From a virus, in IMG/VR virus record IMGVR_UViG_3300014202_000270: DNA of 64,000 nt. The stretch is one strand, 5' to 3'. A program made the translations under genes and the position numbers. Position 1 is the stretch's first letter. The number at the start of each line of letters is the position of its first letter. This document shows positions 7,688-17,282 of the stretch, in pieces. A model generated the notes under the pieces. That model searched no databases and was not told the DNA's origin. It saw only the letters and a list, made by a program, of their open reading frames with translations.

Positions 7688-9911
7688 TTAGCTCGCAGCC
7701 ATCTTTACTAATTCTGGATTAGTCATAATTTTCTGGAACTTCTGTTTGTTACCAGATAATAATGCACGTACAATAAAGTACTTAATATCCTTAGTAAAGA
7801 TTTCCTCATCTGTAGAAACAGTAATGATTCTTTGAATCATATCTGGGGTAACAGGATTGTTTTCCGCATGCATTAATGCATAGTTTACAATCCGAGTGCC
7901 CATTACACTAGCAATGTCTGCTCTGTAATTATCTCCTCTACCAATGTTGGTGCGTAAAGCGCCTACAATGTATGACATATCTTTGCTGAAGATATCTTTT
8001 GGAGACAATAGTTTATCAAGTTTGTTGTTGATAAACATGGTAAACATACTAGCAAATTCATTACCAACAGAACCTTCACCAATCATTTGAATTAAACCTA
8101 GTGAATCATCAAAAGATTCAATACAAGAGATTGAGTTGAAGAAAGTAGTAATGCTACGAGGGTTGAGTGTGTCAGTAACTAACTCTGGATTCAACAACAA
8201 AAAGTTGATGCATCGAGTGTCAATATTAACTTTCTCTGCCCAGCGGGCCCATACATCAATGTCAAATTTAGTTTCAACAGTGATGAAACGAGTCTTTTGA
8301 GCATTGTCAAGAGATGTAACTTGATAGTTACCATTGTCTGGGTTAGTGGTTAATACAACGTGCCAGTTCTTTGGTAAACGCCAAGAAATATATTCTTGCC
8401 GGTCAATGATTTCCATACAAGCTTGCATAAAGCGGTGCATTTGTGTTAACTCATAGGCTCTTTATCCTATGATTCTGTAGTTTCTTTTAGATTATATCTA
8501 CAGGTCAGACTATATCATCACATATTTCTATGTGTCATGCGCTCGTGGTGTTTTACTGTCTGTTCTAGACTCCATACACTAGTCGTTGCACCTTCCTTAT
8601 ATCCCTATAAGGCTTGGCTCAGGATTGTCCATCTCTGGAGTTTCCCTGAATTCACATGATTTATTGCGGACCACCCGCTTTATGCTTTTTTCCATCTATA
8701 ACCACCAGCAGTTAAGTTCTTAGATATTGCTCTATTAATATTAGAAATACCAAGTTCTTTACTTGCTTGTTTTATAGATTCCCATTTTTTGATAAAAATA
8801 TTATCAATAGTAAATTGTAATACTGGTTCCAGCTTATATTTTTTATCTCTAGAAAAAACTAGATCTACTTTATTATAAGACCAGATATATCCACCTGCAG
8901 AAGTTGAATTACTCATACAAACTGCTTTTATGCCATTAATACTTTTGGCATTAATAGATTTAGCTGCAGCTGTAAGAGATTCATAACTTTCTAAATACTC
9001 ACCTGTATCAAGTGAATACTTATGTACCGCTTTAAGATTATGAGGTTTTAAACCATTTGCAAAAGCTTTTTTTCTAGATATGCTAATCCTTTCTCTATAT
9101 ACAGAATCTCTTACTAAACTTTGTGGGTCTAGTATGTGATTTATATAAGGATTAATCTCTCTAATGTGATAAGCTTCTCTTTCAATTAATACATCTTCAG
9201 TACAAACTTCTAAAACTTCAAAATAGATGTTATTAGCACCATATTTGTTGTATAGATTTTGCATTGTTCTGTTATGATGTTTTAAGTTTTTAAGAGACCA
9301 CAAATGGTGTTTTAACCTATGACCAATATTACAAGAGCTACCAATGTACTCTTTATCATTAATTTTAATTTTATAGATTCCTATACCCTTTAATGCTGTC
9401 TTAAGAGTTTGTGTGTTTAATTTTTCCATACCATAAAGATAATTAAATTATTCACACAAATACTTCTTGACTGCATATTTTGTTAATCCGCGCGGGTATA
9501 ATCATCTAAAATTAAGAAGCCACCTTCACCACGGCCCTGAATCCACTCTGGAGCAGCATGCGTCATACGCTTTGCCCCGGTGGGTTTATATTTAGCTTGA
9601 ATATACATTGACATTACTGAATCTTGAATCCAAACTTTTTTACCGTCATCTTTTACCATCTCAAATTCTTTGACGGGAAAACCAACAAGGTCACCTAATT
9701 CCTCAATCTGAGATAAACTTAGTTTTACAATTTGCATATTAAGCTCTTCAGCTAATTGAAGTAGAGATGAAGTCTTACCAAGACCTGCCTCGCCTTCGAT
9801 ATTCACTGCTACAGGAATCTTTCCTTCTCCTTGAATATGTTGATTGTTTTTTACAATGTGACGTAAGAACTCTTTTAGTTCGTCAAGATTTAGTTTTACT
9901 ACGTTGTTCAT
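7688..9911 (-). CDS. MoxR-like AAA+ ATPase split by a group I intron (exon 1 9486-9911, exon 2 7688-8437; 391 aa spliced)
   Basis: Walker A GEAGLGKT and Walker B LILDD in exon 1; splicing restores DDYTRAD|HRFMQACME; adjacent VWA gene. Confidence 0.9.
8438..9485 (-). mobile_element. Group I intron (1048 nt) carrying a homing endonuclease ORF in loop L1
   Basis: 5' exon ends in U, intron ends in G. Core motifs AATTCAGGGAAAC, GACAATCCTGAGCCAAG, GGTGCAACGACTA, GATATAGTCTG. IGS GCGGGTG-GTCCGC (8666-8678) pairs with 5' exon GCGGAU (U.G at the splice site) and with 3' exon CACCGC. Confidence 0.92.
8680..9429 (-). CDS. Intron-encoded GIY-YIG homing endonuclease with NUMOD1-type repeats
   Basis: GIYKI...YIGSS...RLKHH; C-terminal VHKYSLDTGEYLESYESL and VLQFTIDNIFIKKWESI repeats. 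Confidence 0.9.
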   Translation of the reverse strand: MEKLNTQTLKTALKGIGIYKIKINDKEYIGSSCNIGHRLKHHLWSLKNLKHHNRTMQNLYNKYGANNIYFEVLEVCTEDVLIEREAYHIREINPYINHILDPQSLVRDSVYRERISISRKKAFANGLKPHNLKAVHKYSLDTGEYLESYESLTAAAKSINAKSINGIKAVCMSNSTSAGGYIWSYNKVDLVFSRDKKYKLEPVLQFTIDNIFIKKWESIKQASKELGISNINRAISKNLTAGGYRWKKA

Positions 9912-9921
9912 GTTGATTTAA

Positions 9922-11124
9922 TTAATTGTTTGTTTCTTTTTCTTCTAATTTAACTACTTGTCCAGGTAAGTGATCAAAGTGTGTGGACACTGATGATACT
10001 ACCCATAATACTTTACCTTTTACATCAATTGGTGCAGGTGCTTCTCCATCTGTAAAGAAGATTAGCGCCGTGTACTTTTTAAGATTCTCTCTGTAATAAT
10101 CAATAATAGGTTGAAAATTGGTGCCGCCACGACCATGAATAGTAAACTCTTTTTTTCTAGGATTGAATTCCTCAATAGAAGAGATTGCCGCGTCAGTTTG
10201 TGCAACAGTGATTTTACCACCAGTTTTGTGGATATGAACTAGTTCATTCACAAATTCCTCGAGCTCATCCTTATTAACAGACCCAGATGTATCAATAGCA
10301 ACAAGCAAATGCTTGTGATACTTAATCTTTAAACCAGGGTTATCTTCATAACGTTTGTTATACTTACGTCTTAGCTTCTTTGTGTATGGTATATTAGACC
10401 CACCACTAAAGCGACGTAAATACTGGCGCCAATCAAACTTTGGAGGAATGTCTTGTAGTAGTTCTAAGAGCTCTGCTACTTTACCGGGCATAGTACCTCG
10501 TGTTTTAACTGCAGATTCAGCTTCTTTAAGTAAATGTACAGTTTGTCTTTTAAGAAGCTGTTTGTCAGCATCTGATAAACCTTCAAACTCTTTCCATGTT
10601 GGGTGATCACAAGGAAGCTCCCCACCATTTTCCATTTTTTCAAAAAGTTCATCTGCAGCTTGACAGCCACAACTACCTTTTTTCTGATATTCTTCCTGAG
10701 CGTTTTGTAAAGCTTTGTAATAATAGTCGCTGCCTGCTTTCAGTTCTAGATTTAGTTCAGCATAGTTTTCTATGAAAATACCTTCTTTGGGTAAATCTTC
10801 ACGGTCAATATACTGGTTAATTTCCATGTCAGCGGCTACATTAAAGAGCTCTTTATCACTATAACCATCGTGCAAGTAAAGGTGAAAGAAAGCAATGTGC
10901 ATAAGCTCGTGTTTCAAAATACCTTCTTTGACATTAGGTTGTAAACTATCCCAGAATTCTGGATTTATGCATAGTTTATAGTTAATGCCCATTTTTGCAA
11001 CACCTGCGGTGGGTACTTTATCCTTGTTAAACTCTTTACTAAGAGACAAGGCGAATATCCCATAAAAGGGTTCTTTTAGCATAAGATTTTTTACTGTCTT
11101 TGCTAGGTTTTCATGTCTGTTCAT
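9922..11124 (-). CDS. Metallopeptidase-like (HExxH) plus VWA domain protein (DUF2201-type)
   Basis: LKHELMH; MIDAS motif AIDTSGS, GRGGT, FFTDG. Confidence 0.85.
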   Translation of the reverse strand: MNRHENLAKTVKNLMLKEPFYGIFALSLSKEFNKDKVPTAGVAKMGINYKLCINPEFWDSLQPNVKEGILKHELMHIAFFHLYLHDGYSDKELFNVAADMEINQYIDREDLPKEGIFIENYAELNLELKAGSDYYYKALQNAQEEYQKKGSCGCQAADELFEKMENGGELPCDHPTWKEFEGLSDADKQLLKRQTVHLLKEAESAVKTRGTMPGKVAELLELLQDIPPKFDWRQYLRRFSGGSNIPYTKKLRRKYNKRYEDNPGLKIKYHKHLLVAIDTSGSVNKDELEEFVNELVHIHKTGGKITVAQTDAAISSIEEFNPRKKEFTIHGRGGTNFQPIIDYYRENLKKYTALIFFTDGEAPAPIDVKGKVLWVVSSVSTHFDHLPGQVVKLEEKETNN

Positions 11125-11486
11125 AATATTTGAAAGTTGAATTTTACGGTATAACCCATTGTTTTTAGATTTATTATTGTTTCTGCAGATCTTGACATCT
11201 CATAAAGAATTAATTCTAAAGGCCCTAAGTCATCACTATAGTTTATTATGTCTAAAACTTGAGTATAGGATGTTACTTCAGAATTAGAATTGTAGATTGT
11301 TGCCAAACTTGTAAAATTAGCCTCTTTAAATTCAATAGGTATCCCGCGAAGTTTAATTAGAACTAACCATAATTTAGCTACCATTATGTCTTGGCTATCA
11401 ATAATAAATTTAGCTACTAATTTATCATCGTTTCCTGCTTTTAATTGTTTACATACATTTTCAAATTCATCTATTAAATCACTCAT
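11121..11486 (-). CDS. Hypothetical protein
   Basis: 121-aa ORF, overlapping start/stop. Confidence 0.6.
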   Translation of the reverse strand: MSDLIDEFENVCKQLKAGNDDKLVAKFIIDSQDIMVAKLWLVLIKLRGIPIEFKEANFTSLATIYNSNSEVTSYTQVLDIINYSDDLGPLELILYEMSRSAETIINLKTMGYTVKFNFQIL

Positions 11487-11685
11487 TTTCTAAAGCATTT
11501 AGTTTTTCATATACGCGTTGCCACACTTCGTATTTTAACCTGTAATCTTTTAGGTTTAGTTTACCAAGTTCTTCTACTAGATATAATGCTTGTTTAGCAT
11601 TAATTATAGCATCACTAACAGAATACTTATCTAATAGCTCGTTTACTTTTTTGTCAGCCTTAAGTTCTACAAATTGTTTCGACAT
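11479..11685 (-). CDS. Hypothetical protein
   Basis: 68-aa ORF in array. Confidence 0.5.
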   Translation of the reverse strand: MSKQFVELKADKKVNELLDKYSVSDAIINAKQALYLVEELGKLNLKDYRLKYEVWQRVYEKLNALENE

Positions 11686-12179
11686 GCGAATTCAGATATA
11701 AGTAATGCATCAACTATTCCATCATGAGGTTTATTCTTAGGATTAGTTCTTAGCATTTCTGGATTAAACATTCTGTTAGCTGCTACTAAAGCCATTGCTT
11801 TAGTGTCGTTGGCGCTACTTTTTGCTTTAGATATCACCGGTATTCCTAGAAAGATATCTTTTTGCCAGGTTTTAGGTGGCACCAAAACATATTTGTAACC
11901 ATTAGCTACAGCACACATTTCTATAGCCCCAGATTGGTGACCCATTGAAAACGCGGTTGTTTTACTGGTACCGAAGATTACACCAACCTTTTCTATAACA
12001 AGAACTACGTCTGAGTTATCACCTGCTAGACTGGTTATAATTTTGTTTAGCGCGTGGTAGTCGAGCTCCTTCTTTATCAAGGGCATTGTGTGAATCTTTA
12101 TTTCGCTTTCAGGTAAGTTTTTGTCGCGGTACACAATAGCACCATTCTTACCGGGGTCAATAGCAATGTATTTACTCAT
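11667..12179 (-). CDS. RuvC-like Holliday junction resolvase
   Basis: YIAIDPGKNG, VIEKV, VPPKTWQK, HDGIVDALLI. Confidence 0.8.
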   Translation of the reverse strand: MSKYIAIDPGKNGAIVYRDKNLPESEIKIHTMPLIKKELDYHALNKIITSLAGDNSDVVLVIEKVGVIFGTSKTTAFSMGHQSGAIEMCAVANGYKYVLVPPKTWQKDIFLGIPVISKAKSSANDTKAMALVAANRMFNPEMLRTNPKNKPHDGIVDALLISEFACRNNL

Positions 12180-12385
12180 GGGTTTTTATTTATTTCTTTA
12201 ATAATCTGTTCTACTTCTGAGATGTATTCATAGATAGTTTCATCTACAGGGGCGCCATCATCAATTTCTTGACAACAGCTTAGATACAAAACAAGAAAAC
12301 TTTCACTCTCATCTGGAAACTCTTTAGCTTTACGTTTCATGTAATCTTCAAAGTCTTTTATAGATGTTTTTTTATGATTCTCCAT
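12176..12385 (-). CDS. Hypothetical protein
   Basis: 69-aa ORF in array. Confidence 0.5.
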   Translation of the reverse strand: MENHKKTSIKDFEDYMKRKAKEFPDESESFLVLYLSCCQEIDDGAPVDETIYEYISEVEQIIKEINKNP

Positions 12386-13343
12386 ATTTCTGTTTGTAAG
12401 AGGTTATTAACGCGTGTCTTGTTTTAGCTACGCCGTGGTTTTTTACACAATCTGCCAAATCTTTATCTAAAAGTATGTTTACACTTTTAACATTAAAAGT
12501 TTCTTCATATTTCTTTGAGGATTTCATACCCGCATCGTCATTATCAAATACAACGATTACGTCTTTAAACTTAGATTTTAGCTTGGTCATTGTTTTCTCT
12601 GGGATAGTGGTGTTTTCACTATCTGGTACAATTTGCGTAGCATTACCAAACTGCAGTAATGTAAATGCCATTAGGTCTTTTAGAGAAGCTAGTATAAACA
12701 GCAATTCTTTGTTGTAGTCTATCTGTTCTAAGCCTTGAATATAAGGCTTGACTTTCAAGAACTTAGCTGTTGTACTATAAGGTTGATAAATTTTGTAGAG
12801 AGATCCGTCTTCTTTAAAGTAACCATAGGTATAGTTCTTAGCAATCTTGGAGTATCTTATTTCCGTACCTTTGCTTTTAGAATACGTATAGCTTTCAAGG
12901 GGCTGAACATTATAATGCTTAAGTAGAGCACTACCAATCTGATATTTTTGCCAAAACTTTGCATCGTAGTCTGTCCAGTGCCGCATTGAGTAATCTTCAA
13001 TTTTAAAGATTTCTCTTTTGATGATTCTTGTTTCTGTATCACCGGTGTTGTTTTTAGAGAAGTCCTCCATGATTTTGTTAATTGCTTGAACTCTGGTTAT
13101 ACCAAACAGTTCAGCAACTAAATCTATGTGATCACCTTGGGTGCCGGTTGAAAAGTCTTTAAACTTATACCTACCTGTTGGATTAACATAGAGAAACATA
13201 GAAGGGTTTTTATCATTGGGATTAAATACAGATTTGATTTTTACATTTTGACCGGTAAGAACATCACAACAGAGATAGTGCTCAAAAACCCATGTAGCGG
13301 GCACACTGTCTATGTCAAATACTACATTTTTAGTTTTTAGCAT
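12372..13343 (-). CDS. DNA primase (Toprim domain, crAss-like type)
   Basis: SVFNPNDKNPSM/FKDFSTG degenerate zinc-binding region; VVFDNDDAG Toprim motif. Confidence 0.75.
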   Translation of the reverse strand: MLKTKNVVFDIDSVPATWVFEHYLCCDVLTGQNVKIKSVFNPNDKNPSMFLYVNPTGRYKFKDFSTGTQGDHIDLVAELFGITRVQAINKIMEDFSKNNTGDTETRIIKREIFKIEDYSMRHWTDYDAKFWQKYQIGSALLKHYNVQPLESYTYSKSKGTEIRYSKIAKNYTYGYFKEDGSLYKIYQPYSTTAKFLKVKPYIQGLEQIDYNKELLFILASLKDLMAFTLLQFGNATQIVPDSENTTIPEKTMTKLKSKFKDVIVVFDNDDAGMKSSKKYEETFNVKSVNILLDKDLADCVKNHGVAKTRHALITSYKQKYGES

Positions 13344-13364
13344 TGTTAGAGATATTTGTTAACT

Positions 13365-13389
13365 AAAAACCCCGGCTGTTACACCGGGG
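13365..13389 (-). terminator. Intrinsic terminator
   Basis: ccccgg/ccgggg stem, GTAACA-containing loop, U-tract on the minus strand. Confidence 0.7.
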
Positions 13390-13405
13390 CTTTAGTTACA
13401 TTTAG

Positions 13406-14134
13406 TTAAAGTTCAAAATCCCCTGTGGGAGAACCAAACGACTCTCCTGTATCAAAAGGAGGTAGATCATCAGAATCACCACCACCTGCAAAAGAAGAAA
13501 CTTCTTTAGCTCCAGGTTTCTTGGTGACATGTACGTTAGCATCAAAAGGCATCAATCTAGAAGATCCCTCTTCTACATCATTTCTTTCCATTGCTACTTG
13601 ACCTTTTCCTGTTCTTGGTAGGAACAAATCATATCTTGTGTAACCCTCGCGGCTCAGATACTCCTTACCACCAATACAGAAATTAATCAATGCACCACGG
13701 AAAGGTTTTTGAGCATTTAATGCATTAACAAAAGACTCAATAGTGTCATGCTTCTCATCTTGATCATTAAACCAAGATGTTGTATCGGTAGCTTCACAGA
13801 TAGTTTTAATTGCCCGCAAGATTTCTGTATCACGAGAAACTTCACGGCCAGTTTTAGTAACACCATCTACATAGGCATACTGACTCATTTTAACGCGTCC
13901 AACTTGACCTTTGTATTTAGGCCCATCTGGTTTGTCTTTGTTAATAGCAAAACCTTCAAATCCAGGAATCTCTTTAGTTTCTAACTCCAGGATAATATGG
14001 TAGGAGTTTTCTACAAAAGTGAAAGGTTCTAGTCTTACTTCAAGAATCTTTGCTGTTACATTTCCTGGCTCAATTGTTTTTGAGACATAACTACCACCAC
14101 CTTCAGTGGTTACTTTTTTTGTGCTTAGTGCCAT
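13406..14134 (-). CDS. Putative single-stranded DNA-binding protein
   Basis: Lies between primase and AAA_24 ATPase; acidic C-terminal tail ending GDFEL. Confidence 0.55.
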   Translation of the reverse strand: MALSTKKVTTEGGGSYVSKTIEPGNVTAKILEVRLEPFTFVENSYHIILELETKEIPGFEGFAINKDKPDGPKYKGQVGRVKMSQYAYVDGVTKTGREVSRDTEILRAIKTICEATDTTSWFNDQDEKHDTIESFVNALNAQKPFRGALINFCIGGKEYLSREGYTRYDLFLPRTGKGQVAMERNDVEEGSSRLMPFDANVHVTKKPGAKEVSSFAGGGDSDDLPPFDTGESFGSPTGDFEL

Positions 14135-14145
14135 TTTTGATTGAT

Positions 14146-15102
14146 TTAAAAGTTAATGATTGATTTACGTACTAGTTCTAGATCGTTAGGAATCTCATCT
14201 GATTCAAACATTTCGAGTGGTGCTTTACATGTGTTATCGCCACTGTTCTTTGTCTCAAAGACATATCTAAGATTATTGTCCTTGTCTTTCTTTACCTTGC
14301 CATATAGTACAATGGAAAATAAACCTTCGAGAGTAAGTTTCTCGTCAATCATTTTGCCGATTGTTTTAGCTTTGGTTTTACGAGCGCCAGCGCTATCATA
14401 AAAGTCTTCAGCATGTGTAAGGAAGAAGATTACAAGATCTTGTCTCAAATCTTTTGGTGTTTTAGCAACAGCTGCTATACCGGCACCAATCTGAGTAAAT
14501 TTCTCATCGTTAAACCTATATACTTTCATATATAGCCGGACTATATCATATTTGATTTTTTTTATAGCATAAATACTTTTATAAATCAAATCCACCTCTT
14601 TAGTCTCTGAACCTTCATCCTTTATAGGAAGCTTGGCTGCGGATTGTCCATTGTACATACTATAGCTTTTTACTATACTGTTGTGATTAGCAACACCCTT
14701 TATTATATTACTATATAAAGTTAGTACCATAGTCTTTAGGATATCCCCGCAATTTAAGTGGTTTTACAAGGGCATGATTTAATTCCACCCTTTTTCTAGA
14801 GCTCTATCAAAGAACTCAAAGCTTGACATATACTGCCAATCATCAATTACAATAGTTTTGATCTCTGGCCGGGATGTGGATACATATTCTAAAGCTTTGA
14901 TAACACCTCCAGGAGTAGATGTATTACTCATGTTACCCTGGGGATAGTCTTTGCTTACAAGTATGTACTTTTCTCGCCAGCCTTTAAAAGGCAAAGGTTT
15001 GTTTGCAACGTTGATAATAAACGTTGTTTCAGGATCTAAAGTGCGGATACTGGTAGACTTACCAGATCCAGACTCAGCAATGATTAAGCATGCTTCGGCC
15101 AT
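14146..15102 (-). CDS. AAA_24/Sak4-like ATPase split by a group I intron (exon 1 14787-15102, exon 2 14146-14507; 225 aa spliced)
   Basis: Walker A AESGSGKS, Walker B IVIDD; splicing joins GGG T|AT GAG to give ALEKG-Y-EKFTQIG in frame. Confidence 0.88.
14508..14786 (-). mobile_element. ORF-less group I intron (279 nt)
   Basis: Core motifs AATTGCGGGGATATCC, GGACAATCCGCAGCCAAG, AGGTTCAGAGACTA, ATGATATAGTCC. P1 exon AAGGGU pairs with intron GCCCUU (U.G at the site); P10 UCAU pairs with 3' exon AUGA; terminal G. Confidence 0.9.
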
Positions 15103-15632
15103 CTTTCTTTAATTAATTGGTTTAAAAATGATTTGTCGCTTACAGGAGACTGCCACAATATTGCAGCAAGGTCCTTAATAGTCATCTGATCAATGGGCGC
15201 ATCATTGTCAGGATCCATGATTTCAAAAGATTTACTCTTAGTCTTAAGACTTGGTAACTCTTTTGGTGCAGATTCAATTTTTGTATCTACAGTTACTTCA
15301 TGTAACTCATCAACAGGAATTAAATATCTCATATGTCCAGAGCTAGTAGGTATAGTGTCATACTCCTCAGCAAAATGAGGATTGTATTTCCATCTATAAA
15401 GTTTACGCTGTGGATCCTCGGGTTCTAAATTAGAACTCACATATTCTGTATAGACATCAGTGCCTCCGCTAAGTTCATTAGCAAAGAAGCCCATACAGTA
15501 ATAATCTTTGTCTTGAGGTTTCCAAGCTAACTTAGGAACAAAGTTAGCATCTGGGATTCCGAGTGCGTTAAATACTAGTTGATGATGTTCTTTTAATTCT
15601 TTGACGATTTCTGCTCTTGTTTTTGTTGACAT
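15084..15632 (-). CDS. Conserved hypothetical phage protein
   Basis: 182-aa ORF between DnaB and the ATPase. Confidence 0.7.
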   Translation of the reverse strand: MSTKTRAEIVKELKEHHQLVFNALGIPDANFVPKLAWKPQDKDYYCMGFFANELSGGTDVYTEYVSSNLEPEDPQRKLYRWKYNPHFAEEYDTIPTSSGHMRYLIPVDELHEVTVDTKIESAPKELPSLKTKSKSFEIMDPDNDAPIDQMTIKDLAAILWQSPVSDKSFLNQLIKERWPKHA

Positions 15633-15633
15633 G

Positions 15634-16632
15634 TTATGTGATTTTGGTTAATGTTCTTTTTTCTTGTGTGGGTGGAGTATCTGTTTCTACAATCTGCATC
15701 TTCTCAAACTCTGCTTTAAAGAAACTCATTCTGTTATCGCCGTTTCTACATTTTAGGAAGTGCATGACAAGAATTTTGTCATCTTCAATAATGTATCTAT
15801 CTGGGCCATAAAATCTAATCTTTTGTTTACCTGGCCGGTTTATACCAACTACCATGTCTGCATGTTGCAACAAAGCATCGGCACCAAAAAGATCAGATTC
15901 TAGAATGTAGTTTCCATATTTACCATCTTCACTGCGCTCTGGCGAGTCAATGTTTCTGTTAAGCTGGCTTAATATGATAAATGCTATAGGATACTTTCTT
16001 TTTAACTCAGTTATTGTTTCGCTTAAATTGTAAAGTGTTTCATATTTATCTTTTTCGTAAGTCTCTTTTTTAACCAGTAGTGAATGATCTAAGGTAATAA
16101 TTGTTTTTGTAAAAACCTTCTCTTCGTCAACTATTTCTGCGTGTTCTTCCATGTAAGTTTCTACGATCTTTTTGAACTCTTTTGTTGTGCAAGGTTCATC
16201 TACAACATCAATTGGATACTTTACTCTACTCTTTGCATAAGAATAGCATTTAGTTAAATCTTCTGTTGTAAGTTGACCATCCGCGCTACATAGATACTTG
16301 TAAGATTTACCTAGATAACTGCTGTATTCACGAATGGCAGAGACACGAGCAAGCATCTCAAACTGAAACTGTAATACTCTAAACTTTTGCCCTTTATTAA
16401 GAGAATAAGCGCTTCGTATTATCTGGGCCGCAATAAGAGTTTTACCACTGCCTGGTCTTCCACCAATAACAGTCATAGAGTTCCACTCAATACCATCTGT
16501 AGATGCGTCATTAAATTTTACCCAGGGTGTTCTGATGCTTTTAATCAAGCCTTCTTGCCTACCTTTTAGGTAGTTAAGAGAATCAACAAACCCTTCCTTT
16601 TGGCTTTTCCAAGCCTGTTTACCTTTCAACAT
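15634..16632 (-). CDS. dnaB: Replicative DNA helicase (DnaB-like ATPase domain)
   Basis: GGRPGSGKT, ITLDH, ILSQLNR, SDLFGADALLQHAD, KCRNG. Confidence 0.88.
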   Translation of the reverse strand: MLKGKQAWKSQKEGFVDSLNYLKGRQEGLIKSIRTPWVKFNDASTDGIEWNSMTVIGGRPGSGKTLIAAQIIRSAYSLNKGQKFRVLQFQFEMLARVSAIREYSSYLGKSYKYLCSADGQLTTEDLTKCYSYAKSRVKYPIDVVDEPCTTKEFKKIVETYMEEHAEIVDEEKVFTKTIITLDHSLLVKKETYEKDKYETLYNLSETITELKRKYPIAFIILSQLNRNIDSPERSEDGKYGNYILESDLFGADALLQHADMVVGINRPGKQKIRFYGPDRYIIEDDKILVMHFLKCRNGDNRMSFFKAEFEKMQIVETDTPPTQEKRTLTKIT

Positions 16633-16646
16633 ATCTATCTATTTAA

Positions 16647-17282
16647 TTATACTACTCTTTCGCTGAAATGCTCGCTTCCAGGATCTTCGTAATTACCTGT
16701 TATAATCATCTCACAATAATTAGCTAGCTCAGACTCTGAGGTGCGATCAGGTAACGTTTTACGAATAAAGTACTGGGATGTACGCATGTAAAGATAGTTG
16801 CGTAGCCGGTACTCATTTATATAAAGCTCTGTTGCTTTAAGCACTGTTTCCCAAGAGTAATCAAAGCTTTTAAAGAACCATTTGAAAGCAGATTCTAGAT
16901 TTTTAGGATTTACTCTTGCTTGTTTACCGCTAGGTAACTTACCTCGAGGAAACAATAGATTATAGCTTCTAATGTGTTCTTCATACTCATTGCCAATAAT
17001 ACCCTTAGAAAGAGTTTCAACTGTCTTATCATATAAAGTCTCCATTTCTGCAAGCAGTAAATTACCTTTTTCAGTAACAAGAGTTTTTTCTTCTTCTTCA
17101 GAGTAAACAATGTAATCTTCAGATTTAAGCCTGCGCATCTCAAAATAAAGATTGATTTTAGTATGATCAATCATTATCTTCTCTTTAAAACATAAAAGAG
17201 CAAATAACTCATTCGGAGTTATCGACATTTTCAGAGTTTGCTGAAAAAGTGTTATAAGTTTGTTCTTGGGGCTTAAGCTCAT
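16647..17282 (-). CDS. Hypothetical protein upstream of dnaB (possible loader or DNA-binding protein)
   Basis: 211-aa ORF; positional inference only. Confidence 0.5.
   Translation of the reverse strand: MSLSPKNKLITLFQQTLKMSITPNELFALLCFKEKIMIDHTKINLYFEMRRLKSEDYIVYSEEEEKTLVTEKGNLLLAEMETLYDKTVETLSKGIIGNEYEEHIRSYNLLFPRGKLPSGKQARVNPKNLESAFKWFFKSFDYSWETVLKATELYINEYRLRNYLYMRTSQYFIRKTLPDRTSESELANYCEMIITGNYEDPGSEHFSERVV

Noticed and set aside
7688-8440. Independent 250-aa gene starting at ATG 8440
   Set aside because: The G of that ATG is the intron's terminal G; the segment is exon 2 of the AAA+ ATPase
14146-14730. 194-aa ORF in the supplied track
   Set aside because: Its first ~74 codons are read-through of the group I intron core; the real coding part is exon 2 (14146-14507)
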